Source: a virus | Lineage: Duplodnaviria > Heunggongvirae > Uroviricota > Caudoviricetes | Length of the DNA stretch: 32,973 bases | IMG/VR virus record: IMGVR_UViG_3300035521_000566 | Direction: 5' to 3' (one strand) | In this document: one piece after another, positions 1 through 7,868 of the stretch | Numbering within the stretch: the first letter of the stretch is position 1 | How the letters are laid out: each line of letters begins with the position of its first letter | The notes under the pieces: generated by a model | The model's database searches: none | What the model saw: only the letters and a program-made list of their open reading frames with translations | What the model was told of the DNA's origin: nothing | Position numbers and translations under genes: made by a program

Positions 1-132
1 TTATATCCAGACGATGACTGGAAAACATCAAAAGGTGGTACAGCTGAGTGTATGAGATATGCTAACGACAAAAACAAAAGCATTTATCAGCTTAAATATG
101 AAATTACAAACGGCGAACTTATAATAACATAA
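1..132 (+). CDS. 3' end of a gene, possibly SLOG/YspA (DUF1273)-like (partial)
   Basis: Frame 1 reads LYPDDDWKTSKGGTAECMRYANDKNKSIYQL...IIT*. GGTxxxxxYA resembles the C-terminal SLOG motif. Confidence 0.45.
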   Translation, partial: LYPDDDWKTSKGGTAECMRYANDKNKSIYQLKYEITNGELIIT

Positions 133-141
133 GGTTGCTTA

Positions 142-207
142 TTTACTCAATTACCTGAGTAAACTGAGTAAAATACTCAGTATCAGCGATTTCTACTCAA
201 TTTACTA
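142..207. repeat. Cluster of short TACTCA/TGAGTA repeats in both orientations
   Basis: tttactcaa (142), ctgagtaaa x2 (155, 164), atactcag (173), ctactcaa (193) and a degenerate ttactaa (~202). Confidence 0.7.
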
Positions 208-232
208 ATATGAAAAAAAACAGATAATCAAA

Positions 233-277
233 GAGCCACAGCAGACATAATTTCTACTGTGGCTCATTTTTTTTTTT
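233..277 (+). terminator. Intrinsic terminator between convergent genes
   Basis: GAGCCACAGCAGA/TCTACTGTGGCTC stem (233-265) followed by T11. Confidence 0.85.
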
Positions 278-279
278 CT

Positions 280-1011
280 TTATAAATCAGAACTATCTCT
301 ATGCAAATGTATGTGCATAATGCCAGCAACAAGTGCTGCAAATACTAAAATGTATAAAATCAAAGCAAATGGAACTGTCAACATAGCACCAGGAACAACA
401 AGACCACTGAATACAATTGCAAACAGATTAAAGCCAAAATGCAGTAACACTGGTATAAACAGTTTTCCTGTATAATCATAAATTAAACATAAAAACAGTC
501 CAAACAGAATACCTGTCGGTATATGCACCAGTGTACCATGTAAGATTGCAAATACAATTGGCGACGCAATATATCCAGCCAAAGGACACCACTTTTGCTT
601 TAAAAAGCCAAACCATAGTCCTCTTGTCATAACCTCTTCTGTAAGGGGTGCTATAAAAACAGAAATTACTGCATATAGCATAATATCTGAATTTGCAATA
701 TCCTGATAAGTATCAAAGCTAGAATCCCCTAACACATTGTATATCACGGTGGAAGTAATCTGACATGTAAACCATATAATACATAACGCTCCAACCAACA
801 GAATAACAAATTGTGTTATTGACTTTACGCTTGCTCTTCCGTCCATCTTATTAAATTTGCGAATCAAAACCAGTCCCAAAATTGCAACTGTTATATTATC
901 AATTACTGTTACAATCAGACTATTGCTTGTAAACAGGCTTAATATAATCGCAAATATAATATAAAAAGCTGTAACACCGAACGGAAGTACCAAACTTTTT
1001 AACTTAGACAT
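280..1011 (-). CDS. CPBP family (CAAX/Abi) intramembrane metalloprotease
   Basis: Multi-TM protein with EExxxRG, FAILHG and HxxxN (LLHFGFN) motifs. Confidence 0.9.
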   Translation of the reverse strand: MSKLKSLVLPFGVTAFYIIFAIILSLFTSNSLIVTVIDNITVAILGLVLIRKFNKMDGRASVKSITQFVILLVGALCIIWFTCQITSTVIYNVLGDSSFDTYQDIANSDIMLYAVISVFIAPLTEEVMTRGLWFGFLKQKWCPLAGYIASPIVFAILHGTLVHIPTGILFGLFLCLIYDYTGKLFIPVLLHFGFNLFAIVFSGLVVPGAMLTVPFALILYILVFAALVAGIMHIHLHRDSSDL

Positions 1012-2689
1012 TCTCTACCACCGTCCCTACGAAGTTAAATGTAATGTTACCATTAAATTCAGAGCTCTGAATATTGCCAACAATATAAACTTCTGCTTCA
1101 GAATCAGCAAGAGAAGCATATTGTGCCTGATTCCACAATAAAACCTCGAAACCATAGGCAAGCTTAATCTTAAGATGCTGCTTTGCAGAACCCATAACTG
1201 ACCACTCGCCCTCAGACGCATTGAACTTCAACAATGCCTGCGGAACTGGAAATCCCTTTCCGTATGGCTTATAGTTATTCACTTCACGAAGATATTCAGC
1301 AAATGTCCACAGGTCAATAACTGTATCACCAGTACCATCTGTTGCAATAACAAAATCAGGAACTGCTTCAACTATTTCTGTTACAGCTTTTACATCAGCT
1401 GAATCTTTCTTCACGAAAGCAACAAATGCATCAAGCTCACGCTTATCTGTAATACCAATGCCAAATGCCACATCGTGTCCACCTACATAAAACTTGTCAT
1501 GTACTCTAGTAAAGAATGGATACCACTCTGGAGAACGACCTGAACCATGATACTTGTTTCCATCGTCGTTTACCAATACAACCGTAGGTTCACCTGACGC
1601 AAGCATCAGCTTCTGAGCAATCAGACCTACAATTCCAAGTGGAGCAGTAGTAATATAAGCATATGGAGCATATGGCTGCGGAGTTGAAAGAATCTCCTGT
1701 ATATATTTCTGCTCTAATGCTTTACGCTCATCATTTAAAGCAATTAGATTACTAATCTTCTTTCTAGGCTCTGCATCGAAGAAAACACCGAATGCCTCGG
1801 TCATAGACGCACCCATTCTCTTAATGCTGTTAAATGTAGGAGCTAAATAATAGCCAAAGAACTGCTCGTCAATACTCTCAGAATTGCTAATCTTTCCTGC
1901 TTCAGCAAACGAACAAAGTGTCATAAACAGACCATAAAAAGCACGCCTGTAAATGTCACATCCTGGGATAGAATTTACGATAAAATCATTGCCATCTAAG
2001 TACACAAGTTTGCAAATGTCGATTGCGTCTCGAACCAGCTGTCTATTCTCGTATAATAAAGGCATCATATCAGAAACAGTACCAATTCCTGCAAATACAC
2101 GAAGCCTGTTAATCTGTTCTGACATAAACTTATCACAATAAGTATCTGCAAACTGCTGTAAAATCTGATAGAAAACATATGCTCCACAGATACCTGGGTG
2201 AGAATATGTTTCACCAAACTGCTTAGGGTCTACGACCACATCAGCGTTTAACTGATACTCTTGGATATGGTGGTCTGTAACCAAAACTTCGATACCAAGA
2301 GATTTTGCATAGTTAATACCATCTACACATGAAATACCAACATCACAAGTAATTATTGCTTCTGTTGTAGGATATTGTTGCAGCAATCTCTTGATAGTAG
2401 CCTTTGTAAATCCGTAACCATCATTAGGGTCAGGAATAAATAAAGACACATTAAACCCTAATTCTGCTAAACCTGAAAATCCTGTAACACCTGACATAAT
2501 TCCATCCATATCAAAGTCTGGAATAATAACAATCTGTTTGTGATAATCACGAATAGTCAACAAATGCTGACATAAAATGTCAGAATTCATTAAAACATCA
2601 TGTGCAGGGTTCTCAATTTCTCTTAAAAATGAATCTGTATACTGTCTATTTCTGAACATTGTTTCAATCAATTGATTCATAAAATACAC
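1004..2689 (-). CDS. recJ: RecJ-like ssDNA exonuclease (DHH/DHHA1)
   Basis: PDFDMDG, ITCDVG, TDHH, GTVSDMMPL, GSGRS and GGH motifs; PYGKGFP and HLK in the C-terminal OB region; 561 aa. Confidence 0.85.
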   Translation of the reverse strand: MYFMNQLIETMFRNRQYTDSFLREIENPAHDVLMNSDILCQHLLTIRDYHKQIVIIPDFDMDGIMSGVTGFSGLAELGFNVSLFIPDPNDGYGFTKATIKRLLQQYPTTEAIITCDVGISCVDGINYAKSLGIEVLVTDHHIQEYQLNADVVVDPKQFGETYSHPGICGAYVFYQILQQFADTYCDKFMSEQINRLRVFAGIGTVSDMMPLLYENRQLVRDAIDICKLVYLDGNDFIVNSIPGCDIYRRAFYGLFMTLCSFAEAGKISNSESIDEQFFGYYLAPTFNSIKRMGASMTEAFGVFFDAEPRKKISNLIALNDERKALEQKYIQEILSTPQPYAPYAYITTAPLGIVGLIAQKLMLASGEPTVVLVNDDGNKYHGSGRSPEWYPFFTRVHDKFYVGGHDVAFGIGITDKRELDAFVAFVKKDSADVKAVTEIVEAVPDFVIATDGTGDTVIDLWTFAEYLREVNNYKPYGKGFPVPQALLKFNASEGEWSVMGSAKQHLKIKLAYGFEVLLWNQAQYASLADSEAEVYIVGNIQSSEFNGNITFNFVGTVVENV

Positions 2690-2746
2690 CCTTTCTTGTT
2701 TGTTTTCTTACTGATATATGAGCCTAAAACCCATTTAACTATTCTT

Positions 2747-2775
2747 ATTATATCACGAATCTCCTCATATATCAA
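2747..2775 (-). promoter_or_regulatory. sigmaA promoter for the recJ-CPBP operon
   Basis: Minus strand reads TTGATA-17 bp-TATAAT with an extended -10 TG. Confidence 0.75.
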
Positions 2776-2793
2776 TATATTTTAATAATAATT

Positions 2794-2834
2794 TTGAACA
2801 AACAGAGTCCACTGTCGTGGACTAAGAGCCTCTA
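2794..2834 (+). repeat. 41-bp hairpin-containing motif, copy A
   Basis: TTGAACaAAcagAGTCCACtgtcGTGGACTAAgaGCCTcTA, colinear without gaps with 4390-4430. Confidence 0.7.
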
Positions 2835-2898
2835 AAAGCTTACGCTAATTTTTTAAACAAAAATTTAACCTGAATCAATATATCTAAATCAGAAAGGA

Positions 2899-3198
2899 AT
2901 GAAAAGCATGACACGACAGGAACAAGCCCGTAAATTATGTGAAATGATTCACGGTCCCATTACTGACACTCCGAAAGCTTATCAGCATGAATCTCCGTAT
3001 ATGGAACAGTTATATCCAGTAAAGAAGATGAAAACAAAAGTAAGACAATTTACAGGAAGTCAGGACAGAGTTGCATTACGCATAGAATGCTTCATAAATG
3101 AAAACCAGAATAAACCTGGTTTTAATATTGTGAACCAGTCAATGTGTGCAGCACCAGAAGGCGTGACTGTGATGATAACTTACACAATAATGGAGTAA
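2899..3198 (+). CDS. Hypothetical protein (C-terminal half weakly resembles Cse60/DUF2758-like small proteins)
   Basis: 99-aa ORF. GAAAGGA abuts the first ATG, so the true start may be the ATG at 2908. Confidence 0.6.
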   Translation: MKSMTRQEQARKLCEMIHGPITDTPKAYQHESPYMEQLYPVKKMKTKVRQFTGSQDRVALRIECFINENQNKPGFNIVNQSMCAAPEGVTVMITYTIME

Positions 3199-3283
3199 CA
3201 AACGGCACAATGTGCCGTAAAATCCGTTATGAGTACAAATTGGCACAGGAAGGAGTGCCCAATGAAATTGCAATTCAAAAATT

Positions 3284-3326
3284 GTGTGTGTAGCGGCTAG
3301 TAGAGTTGCTATGCACACTTTTTTTT
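3284..3326 (+). terminator. Intrinsic terminator
   Basis: 15-bp stem GTGTGTGTAGCGGCT/AGTTGCTATGCACAC with G-U pairs, followed by T8. Confidence 0.8.
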
Positions 3327-3370
3327 CTTAAGATTTATGTCATGTGTACTCATAACGAAATCATACTTTG

Positions 3371-4285
3371 AAGCCTTGTACTAAATGCATCAAAAATATG
3401 ATACATTTTTATCCTGATATATCAGTATTTCTAGCATTTTGTATCATTTGTATCAACTTTTTTAAGACATTTTTAAACTGATTTTTAATACTTAATAATG
3501 ATACAAAAAAGTTAGATTAAACAGAATAGATGATTTTACAGGTCAGACCACAATATATTGTGGTAGGAAACCCTCGGTGTCATTTGTATCAACTTTTTTC
3601 AAGTCTTTTTATATATAAAAAATTAAACACACAAAAATAATTATAGAAATTATTTATATAAATAAAATATTTTATCTTTATTATTGACTTATATAAAAAT
3701 GATACAAATGATACAAATAAGCTTAAAGCCTTGATAATAAAGGGTTTTTATGGTATCAACTTTTTTCTGAAGCTCAAAAATATGATACATTTCATTCTTA
3801 CTTATAACCGTAAAAATCTCGCTAACCCTTGTAAAACCTAGCTTTTTCGATTATGTGTCAATGTATCAACTTTTTTCCAAAAGTTGATACATTTTTCTTT
3901 AAATCTTGATTTTCATCTTACTTTTATTCAATTTTACTCACTTTTCACACTTCAAAATTTCAAAATTATGCAACTTTATTAAATATTAAATAATGCTTTA
4001 TTAAGTATTTAATAATCATTTATTTAATCATCATAATTCAAATTAGAAAATTCAAGTAAAAATTTTTATATAGCTAATATGCACAAATGAACCTCTAATT
4101 TATCTGTCTCATTTGTAATATTTTCACAACTGCAAATTTTTGTGTATCAACTTTTCAAAAAAAGTTGATACATTTTGATACCAACCAAAAATTAGCTGAA
4201 AAGACTGATACACAACGCTTTCAGCATTTTTAAGACAAAAGTGTATCATTTTCGGTGTCAACTTTTTTTTCAAAAATGACACCGA
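3371..4285. repeat. Iteron-rich putative replication origin
   Basis: About 20 copies of KGTRTCA in both orientations, often extended to TGTATCAACTTTT. Inverted pairs with 4-bp spacers at 3860-3893 and 4143-4172, and a variant at 4252-4285. CAAAAATATGATACATTT is duplicated at 3391 and 3775. Very AT-rich tracts lie between them and there is no ORF. Confidence 0.7.
3547..3564. promoter_or_regulatory. NrdR-box-like perfect palindrome
   Basis: ACCACAATATATTGTGGT matches the core of the NrdR consensus acaCwAtATaTwGtgt. Confidence 0.65.
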
Positions 4286-4389
4286 TATTTTGTGTTTTTA
4301 GCAACTTGACCAAATAACAAGCTGCTATTATGCATTTATATTCTTTATTAAGTTGAAAACAGCTTATTCTAAGCTTTAAATAATGTACC

Positions 4390-4430
4390 TTGAACCAATC
4401 AAGTCGACACCTGTCGACTAATTGCCTTTA
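4390..4430 (+). repeat. 41-bp hairpin-containing motif, copy B
   Basis: TTGAACcAAtcaAGTCGACacctGTCGACTAAttGCCTtTA, with a compensatory C-G/G-C swap relative to copy A. Confidence 0.7.
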
Positions 4431-4543
4431 TGTCAACGATAATAGATTGTATCTATTCATCTTGATATAATTGCAATTCTAAACGATAGTATAAAGGCTC
4501 AAAGAAACAACGAGCCGATTTTAAACATGGGAGGTTATTGTAT

Positions 4544-5305
4544 ATGAAAATCGGTATAACTGAATGGGGCGACGCTGGCATCGACCTTCGCTGGACTGAG
4601 AAAGTAGATAAGGTCGATGGCATGATACTCATAACAAAAAACTTAAACCCTGTTTTTCAAACGAAAGTTCTTGAGTATCACAGAAGCGGTGTTCCTATTA
4701 TAATACACTGTACCTGCACGGGCTGGGGTCACACTTCATTTGAACCATGCGTGCCTGATTACCGCAAGCAGTTAAACTGGCTGAAAGATTTAATAGATAA
4801 CGGTTTTCCTGCTGAGCAAATTGTGCTTCGCATTGACCCAATTTTTCCATCTGAAGCTGGATTAAATCGTATATTAGAAATGCTTGCATACTTTCAGTCG
4901 CTAAAGCTGCCTGAAAATAAGATACGGTACCGTATGTCAGTGGTCGACGAGTATGCACACGTAAAAGCACGTTATAAAGAACAGGGCTTTATACCGTTAT
5001 ACGGAACGGAATTATATGCAAATGAATCTCAGATGGCACTCGTCGGAGACACACTGTCAAAACTTCCGTATACATTTGGCACATGTGCCGAAGATAAACT
5101 CGCTACCAAATACCCTGATACATTTAAAATCAAAGGTTGCATCAGTAAAGAAGACTTGGAAATACTAGGACTTCAGTATGACCCAACTCTTTTCGAAAAT
5201 CCGCAGAATAGAAGCATGTGTCACTGCTTATCTTGTAAGACCGAAATCTTAACACCAAGAAAAGCCTGTCCACACAGATGCATCTATTGCTTCTGGAAAG
5301 ACTAA
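4544..5305 (+). CDS. DUF1848-like Fe-S protein (related to the SPL/radical SAM fold)
   Basis: TKN, LRIDPI, CAE, GCI, RxxCxC and terminal CPHRCIYCFW motifs. ATG 4544 chosen by GGAGG spacing (TTG 4538 is the alternative). Confidence 0.7.
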   Translation: MKIGITEWGDAGIDLRWTEKVDKVDGMILITKNLNPVFQTKVLEYHRSGVPIIIHCTCTGWGHTSFEPCVPDYRKQLNWLKDLIDNGFPAEQIVLRIDPIFPSEAGLNRILEMLAYFQSLKLPENKIRYRMSVVDEYAHVKARYKEQGFIPLYGTELYANESQMALVGDTLSKLPYTFGTCAEDKLATKYPDTFKIKGCISKEDLEILGLQYDPTLFENPQNRSMCHCLSCKTEILTPRKACPHRCIYCFWKD

Positions 5306-5321
5306 TGATGCAACCATATGC

Positions 5322-5450
5322 ATATCCACAAGTTATGCACATCGTGTGCATAACCTTCTTGTGGACGCAGAAGTTATCCACATATTATCAACAGATTACC
5401 AACATATCCACAAAAAGAATTATCAACAATGTGGACAATTATGTGCATAA
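5322..5450. promoter_or_regulatory. DnaA-box cluster (~10 boxes)
   Basis: Perfect TTWTNCACA at 5333, 5345(-), 5374 and 5442(-); one-mismatch boxes at 5322, 5385, 5404, 5420 and 5430(-); weaker box at 5396. Confidence 0.85.
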
Positions 5451-5468
5451 CATTCTGCATTTTTTCTC

Positions 5469-5497
5469 TTGATTTAGATTATAAAATCAAGTACAAT
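5469..5497 (+). promoter_or_regulatory. sigmaA promoter of the replication operon, overlapped by an inverted repeat
   Basis: TTGATT-17 bp-TACAAT; CTTGATTT...AAATCAAG inverted repeat at 5468-5491. Confidence 0.65.
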
Positions 5498-5564
5498 GAT
5501 GTTAAGTATCCGCTCATTTACGAAAGTAATTTGAGCAATACTAACAGAAAGGAGAAGAGTACGC

Positions 5565-7205
5565 ATGGGCACAACACAGAATGCCGTCCTTGCGTCTGAA
5601 ACAAAGAAATACCTTGAGAACCTTGACCCAAGCAAATCACCCGAAGAAATTGAATCAGATTTGTTAGACAACATTCAGCTGGCATTCGAAGTACATAATG
5701 CAACCGCTGATAAAGGCTATAAATGGAGAATACCCAACTCCTTGAGTCATGCACAAATTGCAGCAATCATGGCTAAGAAATACCCAATCTGCCGTATTGC
5801 CTGTGCTGGCTCTAATTCTGATACAGACTATGATTTGTTGGCAATTTATAAGACCGACGGTCCTGATGAAGGTATCTATGTTACCTCAGACGACGAACTG
5901 CGACGGATTGCAAGGGAATTTAATTACAATTTGACATCTAAAGATTTTAATGAAGTGATTATGGCTTTAAGAGATATGGTACCTCGTAAGAACCGTTGTA
6001 TAGACCCAGATTTGATTGCTGTGAACAACGGTATTTTCAACTATGATACAAAAACCTTACAGCCATTTTCTCCAGACCTTGTCTTCTTAACAAAATCCCG
6101 TGTCAATTATAATCCCAATGCAACAAACATTACAATACATAATAGCACCGACAATACTGATTGGGACATTGAAAGCTGGATTTCTGAGCTTTCTGATGAC
6201 CAAGAAATTGTGAATGTATTATGGGAAATTTTGGGGGCTATTATCCGACCAAATGTAAGGTGGAATAAATCAGCCTGGTTCTATTCTGAAACAGGTAATA
6301 ACGGAAAAGGAACACTTTGTGAACTTATGAGAGAGCTTTGTGGCTCAGGTGCATATGCATCTATTCCGTTATCTGATTTCGGCAAAGACTTTGTTTTGGA
6401 ACCGCTCACAAGAGCGACTGCAATCATCGTAGACGAGAATGATGTTGGTACCTTTATAGATAAGGCAGCTAATGTAAAAGCTGTTATTACCAACGATGTC
6501 ATTCAGATTAACCGTAAATTTAAAACTCCGATAGCTTATCAGTTCTATGGATTCATGGTTCAGTGCCTGAACGAATTCCCTAGAATTAAAGATAAATCGG
6601 ATTCCTTTTATAGAAGACAGCTGTTTATTCCGTTCGATAAGTGCTTCACTGGTCACGAACGAAAGTATATAAAGAACGACTATCTTCACAGAACAGAAGT
6701 TTTGGAATACGTTATGAAGCGTGTTCTTGAAATGAATTATTACTCGTTATCTGAACCAACTGCCTGTAGAAATATTCTGCAGGAATACAAAGCCTTTAAT
6801 GACCCAATCAGACAATTTTGGGAAGAAATATCCAATCAGCTTGTCTGGGATTTAGTTCCATACGGCTTTATTTATAGCTTGTATAAGTCGTGGTTCAAGA
6901 TAAATTCTCCATCAGGAGCTGTACAGGGTAAAAACACATTCGTTAATGATTTATTGAATGTAGTTAAAGACGACCCTGACTGGTATGGTGACAAAAGCAC
7001 AACTGTTAAAGTAGCTCACAGAATGGATAAACCTGAGCTGTTAATCAGTCAGTATGGCTTATCTGACTGGCAAAGAGCAGGCTACAAAGGCGGAGATGTA
7101 AGAATCATGTGTACGCCTGACCTTATGAATACACAAGTATTCAGAGGACTACAAAGAGTAGCATGTACACAGACTGCAGCTATCACTGTATCAAATGATG
7201 ATTAA
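5565..7205 (+). CDS. P4/D5-family primase-associated SF3 helicase
   Basis: D5_N-like LIAVNNGIFN...FSPDLVFLTKSRVNYNP, Walker A TGNNGKGT, Walker B IIVDE, motif C QCLNEFP, and RR..IPF. Confidence 0.9.
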   Translation: MGTTQNAVLASETKKYLENLDPSKSPEEIESDLLDNIQLAFEVHNATADKGYKWRIPNSLSHAQIAAIMAKKYPICRIACAGSNSDTDYDLLAIYKTDGPDEGIYVTSDDELRRIAREFNYNLTSKDFNEVIMALRDMVPRKNRCIDPDLIAVNNGIFNYDTKTLQPFSPDLVFLTKSRVNYNPNATNITIHNSTDNTDWDIESWISELSDDQEIVNVLWEILGAIIRPNVRWNKSAWFYSETGNNGKGTLCELMRELCGSGAYASIPLSDFGKDFVLEPLTRATAIIVDENDVGTFIDKAANVKAVITNDVIQINRKFKTPIAYQFYGFMVQCLNEFPRIKDKSDSFYRRQLFIPFDKCFTGHERKYIKNDYLHRTEVLEYVMKRVLEMNYYSLSEPTACRNILQEYKAFNDPIRQFWEEISNQLVWDLVPYGFIYSLYKSWFKINSPSGAVQGKNTFVNDLLNVVKDDPDWYGDKSTTVKVAHRMDKPELLISQYGLSDWQRAGYKGGDVRIMCTPDLMNTQVFRGLQRVACTQTAAITVSNDD

Positions 7206-7237
7206 ATTTAAAAACTTAGATAAGGAGATAAAACAAT

Positions 7238-7849
7238 ATGTCAGACACAATATCAAACGCTGAGAATACTGAGCTAGTCATATATGTTGATATGGATGGT
7301 GTCATAGTTCAGTACGAACGAGCAGCCTACTGCGGACCCAATCCTCAGTTTATCAGACCTGAATTCCATTATTTCAGAAAGTTAAAGCCAGACAGGAAAA
7401 TGACCAATGTACTGGAACAACTGAATCAGAATCCAAAATGCAAAATCAAGATACTGACATCTGTGTCAAACAAAGGCAGCCTATTCTTAGAACAGGCTAA
7501 CGACAAAATAGAATGGTTACACGAGTTCTGTCCGTTTATCGACACAGATACACAGTTTATTGCAACTGCTTCTAACAAAAGGGCTCTTGTGGAAGCAATC
7601 AGTTCCAACTGTAATCAGTCCATCTTCCCGAATTTTGGAATCAATCATATCTTAATAGATGATTTCAATAAGAACTTAGAGGACTGGAGAAATGCAGGCG
7701 GAACTGCTATTAAGTACATCAATGGCATCAATGACCCAGACTCATATAATGGTCTGATACTGGACATATATATGTCCAGCGATGATATTGTCGAATTGAT
7801 TACAAATCATATTAACTATCTCGCAAGAGAACACCGTAACAATAACTAA
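7238..7849 (+). CDS. HAD-family 5'(3')-deoxyribonucleotidase (NT5C-like)
   Basis: IYVDMDGV, ILTS, KxxWL and ILIDDFNKNLEDW..AGG motifs. Confidence 0.8.
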   Translation: MSDTISNAENTELVIYVDMDGVIVQYERAAYCGPNPQFIRPEFHYFRKLKPDRKMTNVLEQLNQNPKCKIKILTSVSNKGSLFLEQANDKIEWLHEFCPFIDTDTQFIATASNKRALVEAISSNCNQSIFPNFGINHILIDDFNKNLEDWRNAGGTAIKYINGINDPDSYNGLILDIYMSSDDIVELITNHINYLAREHRNNN

Positions 7850-7868
7850 GAAAGGATGATTCGATACT

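Noticed and set aside
3371-4285. CRISPR array
   Set aside because: The repeats are 7-15 bp, in both orientations and irregularly spaced, with no constant repeat-spacer period and no cas genes.
5278-5472. 64-aa ORF overlapping the DnaA boxes
   Set aside because: No RBS; the peptide is a by-product of TTATCCACA repeats.
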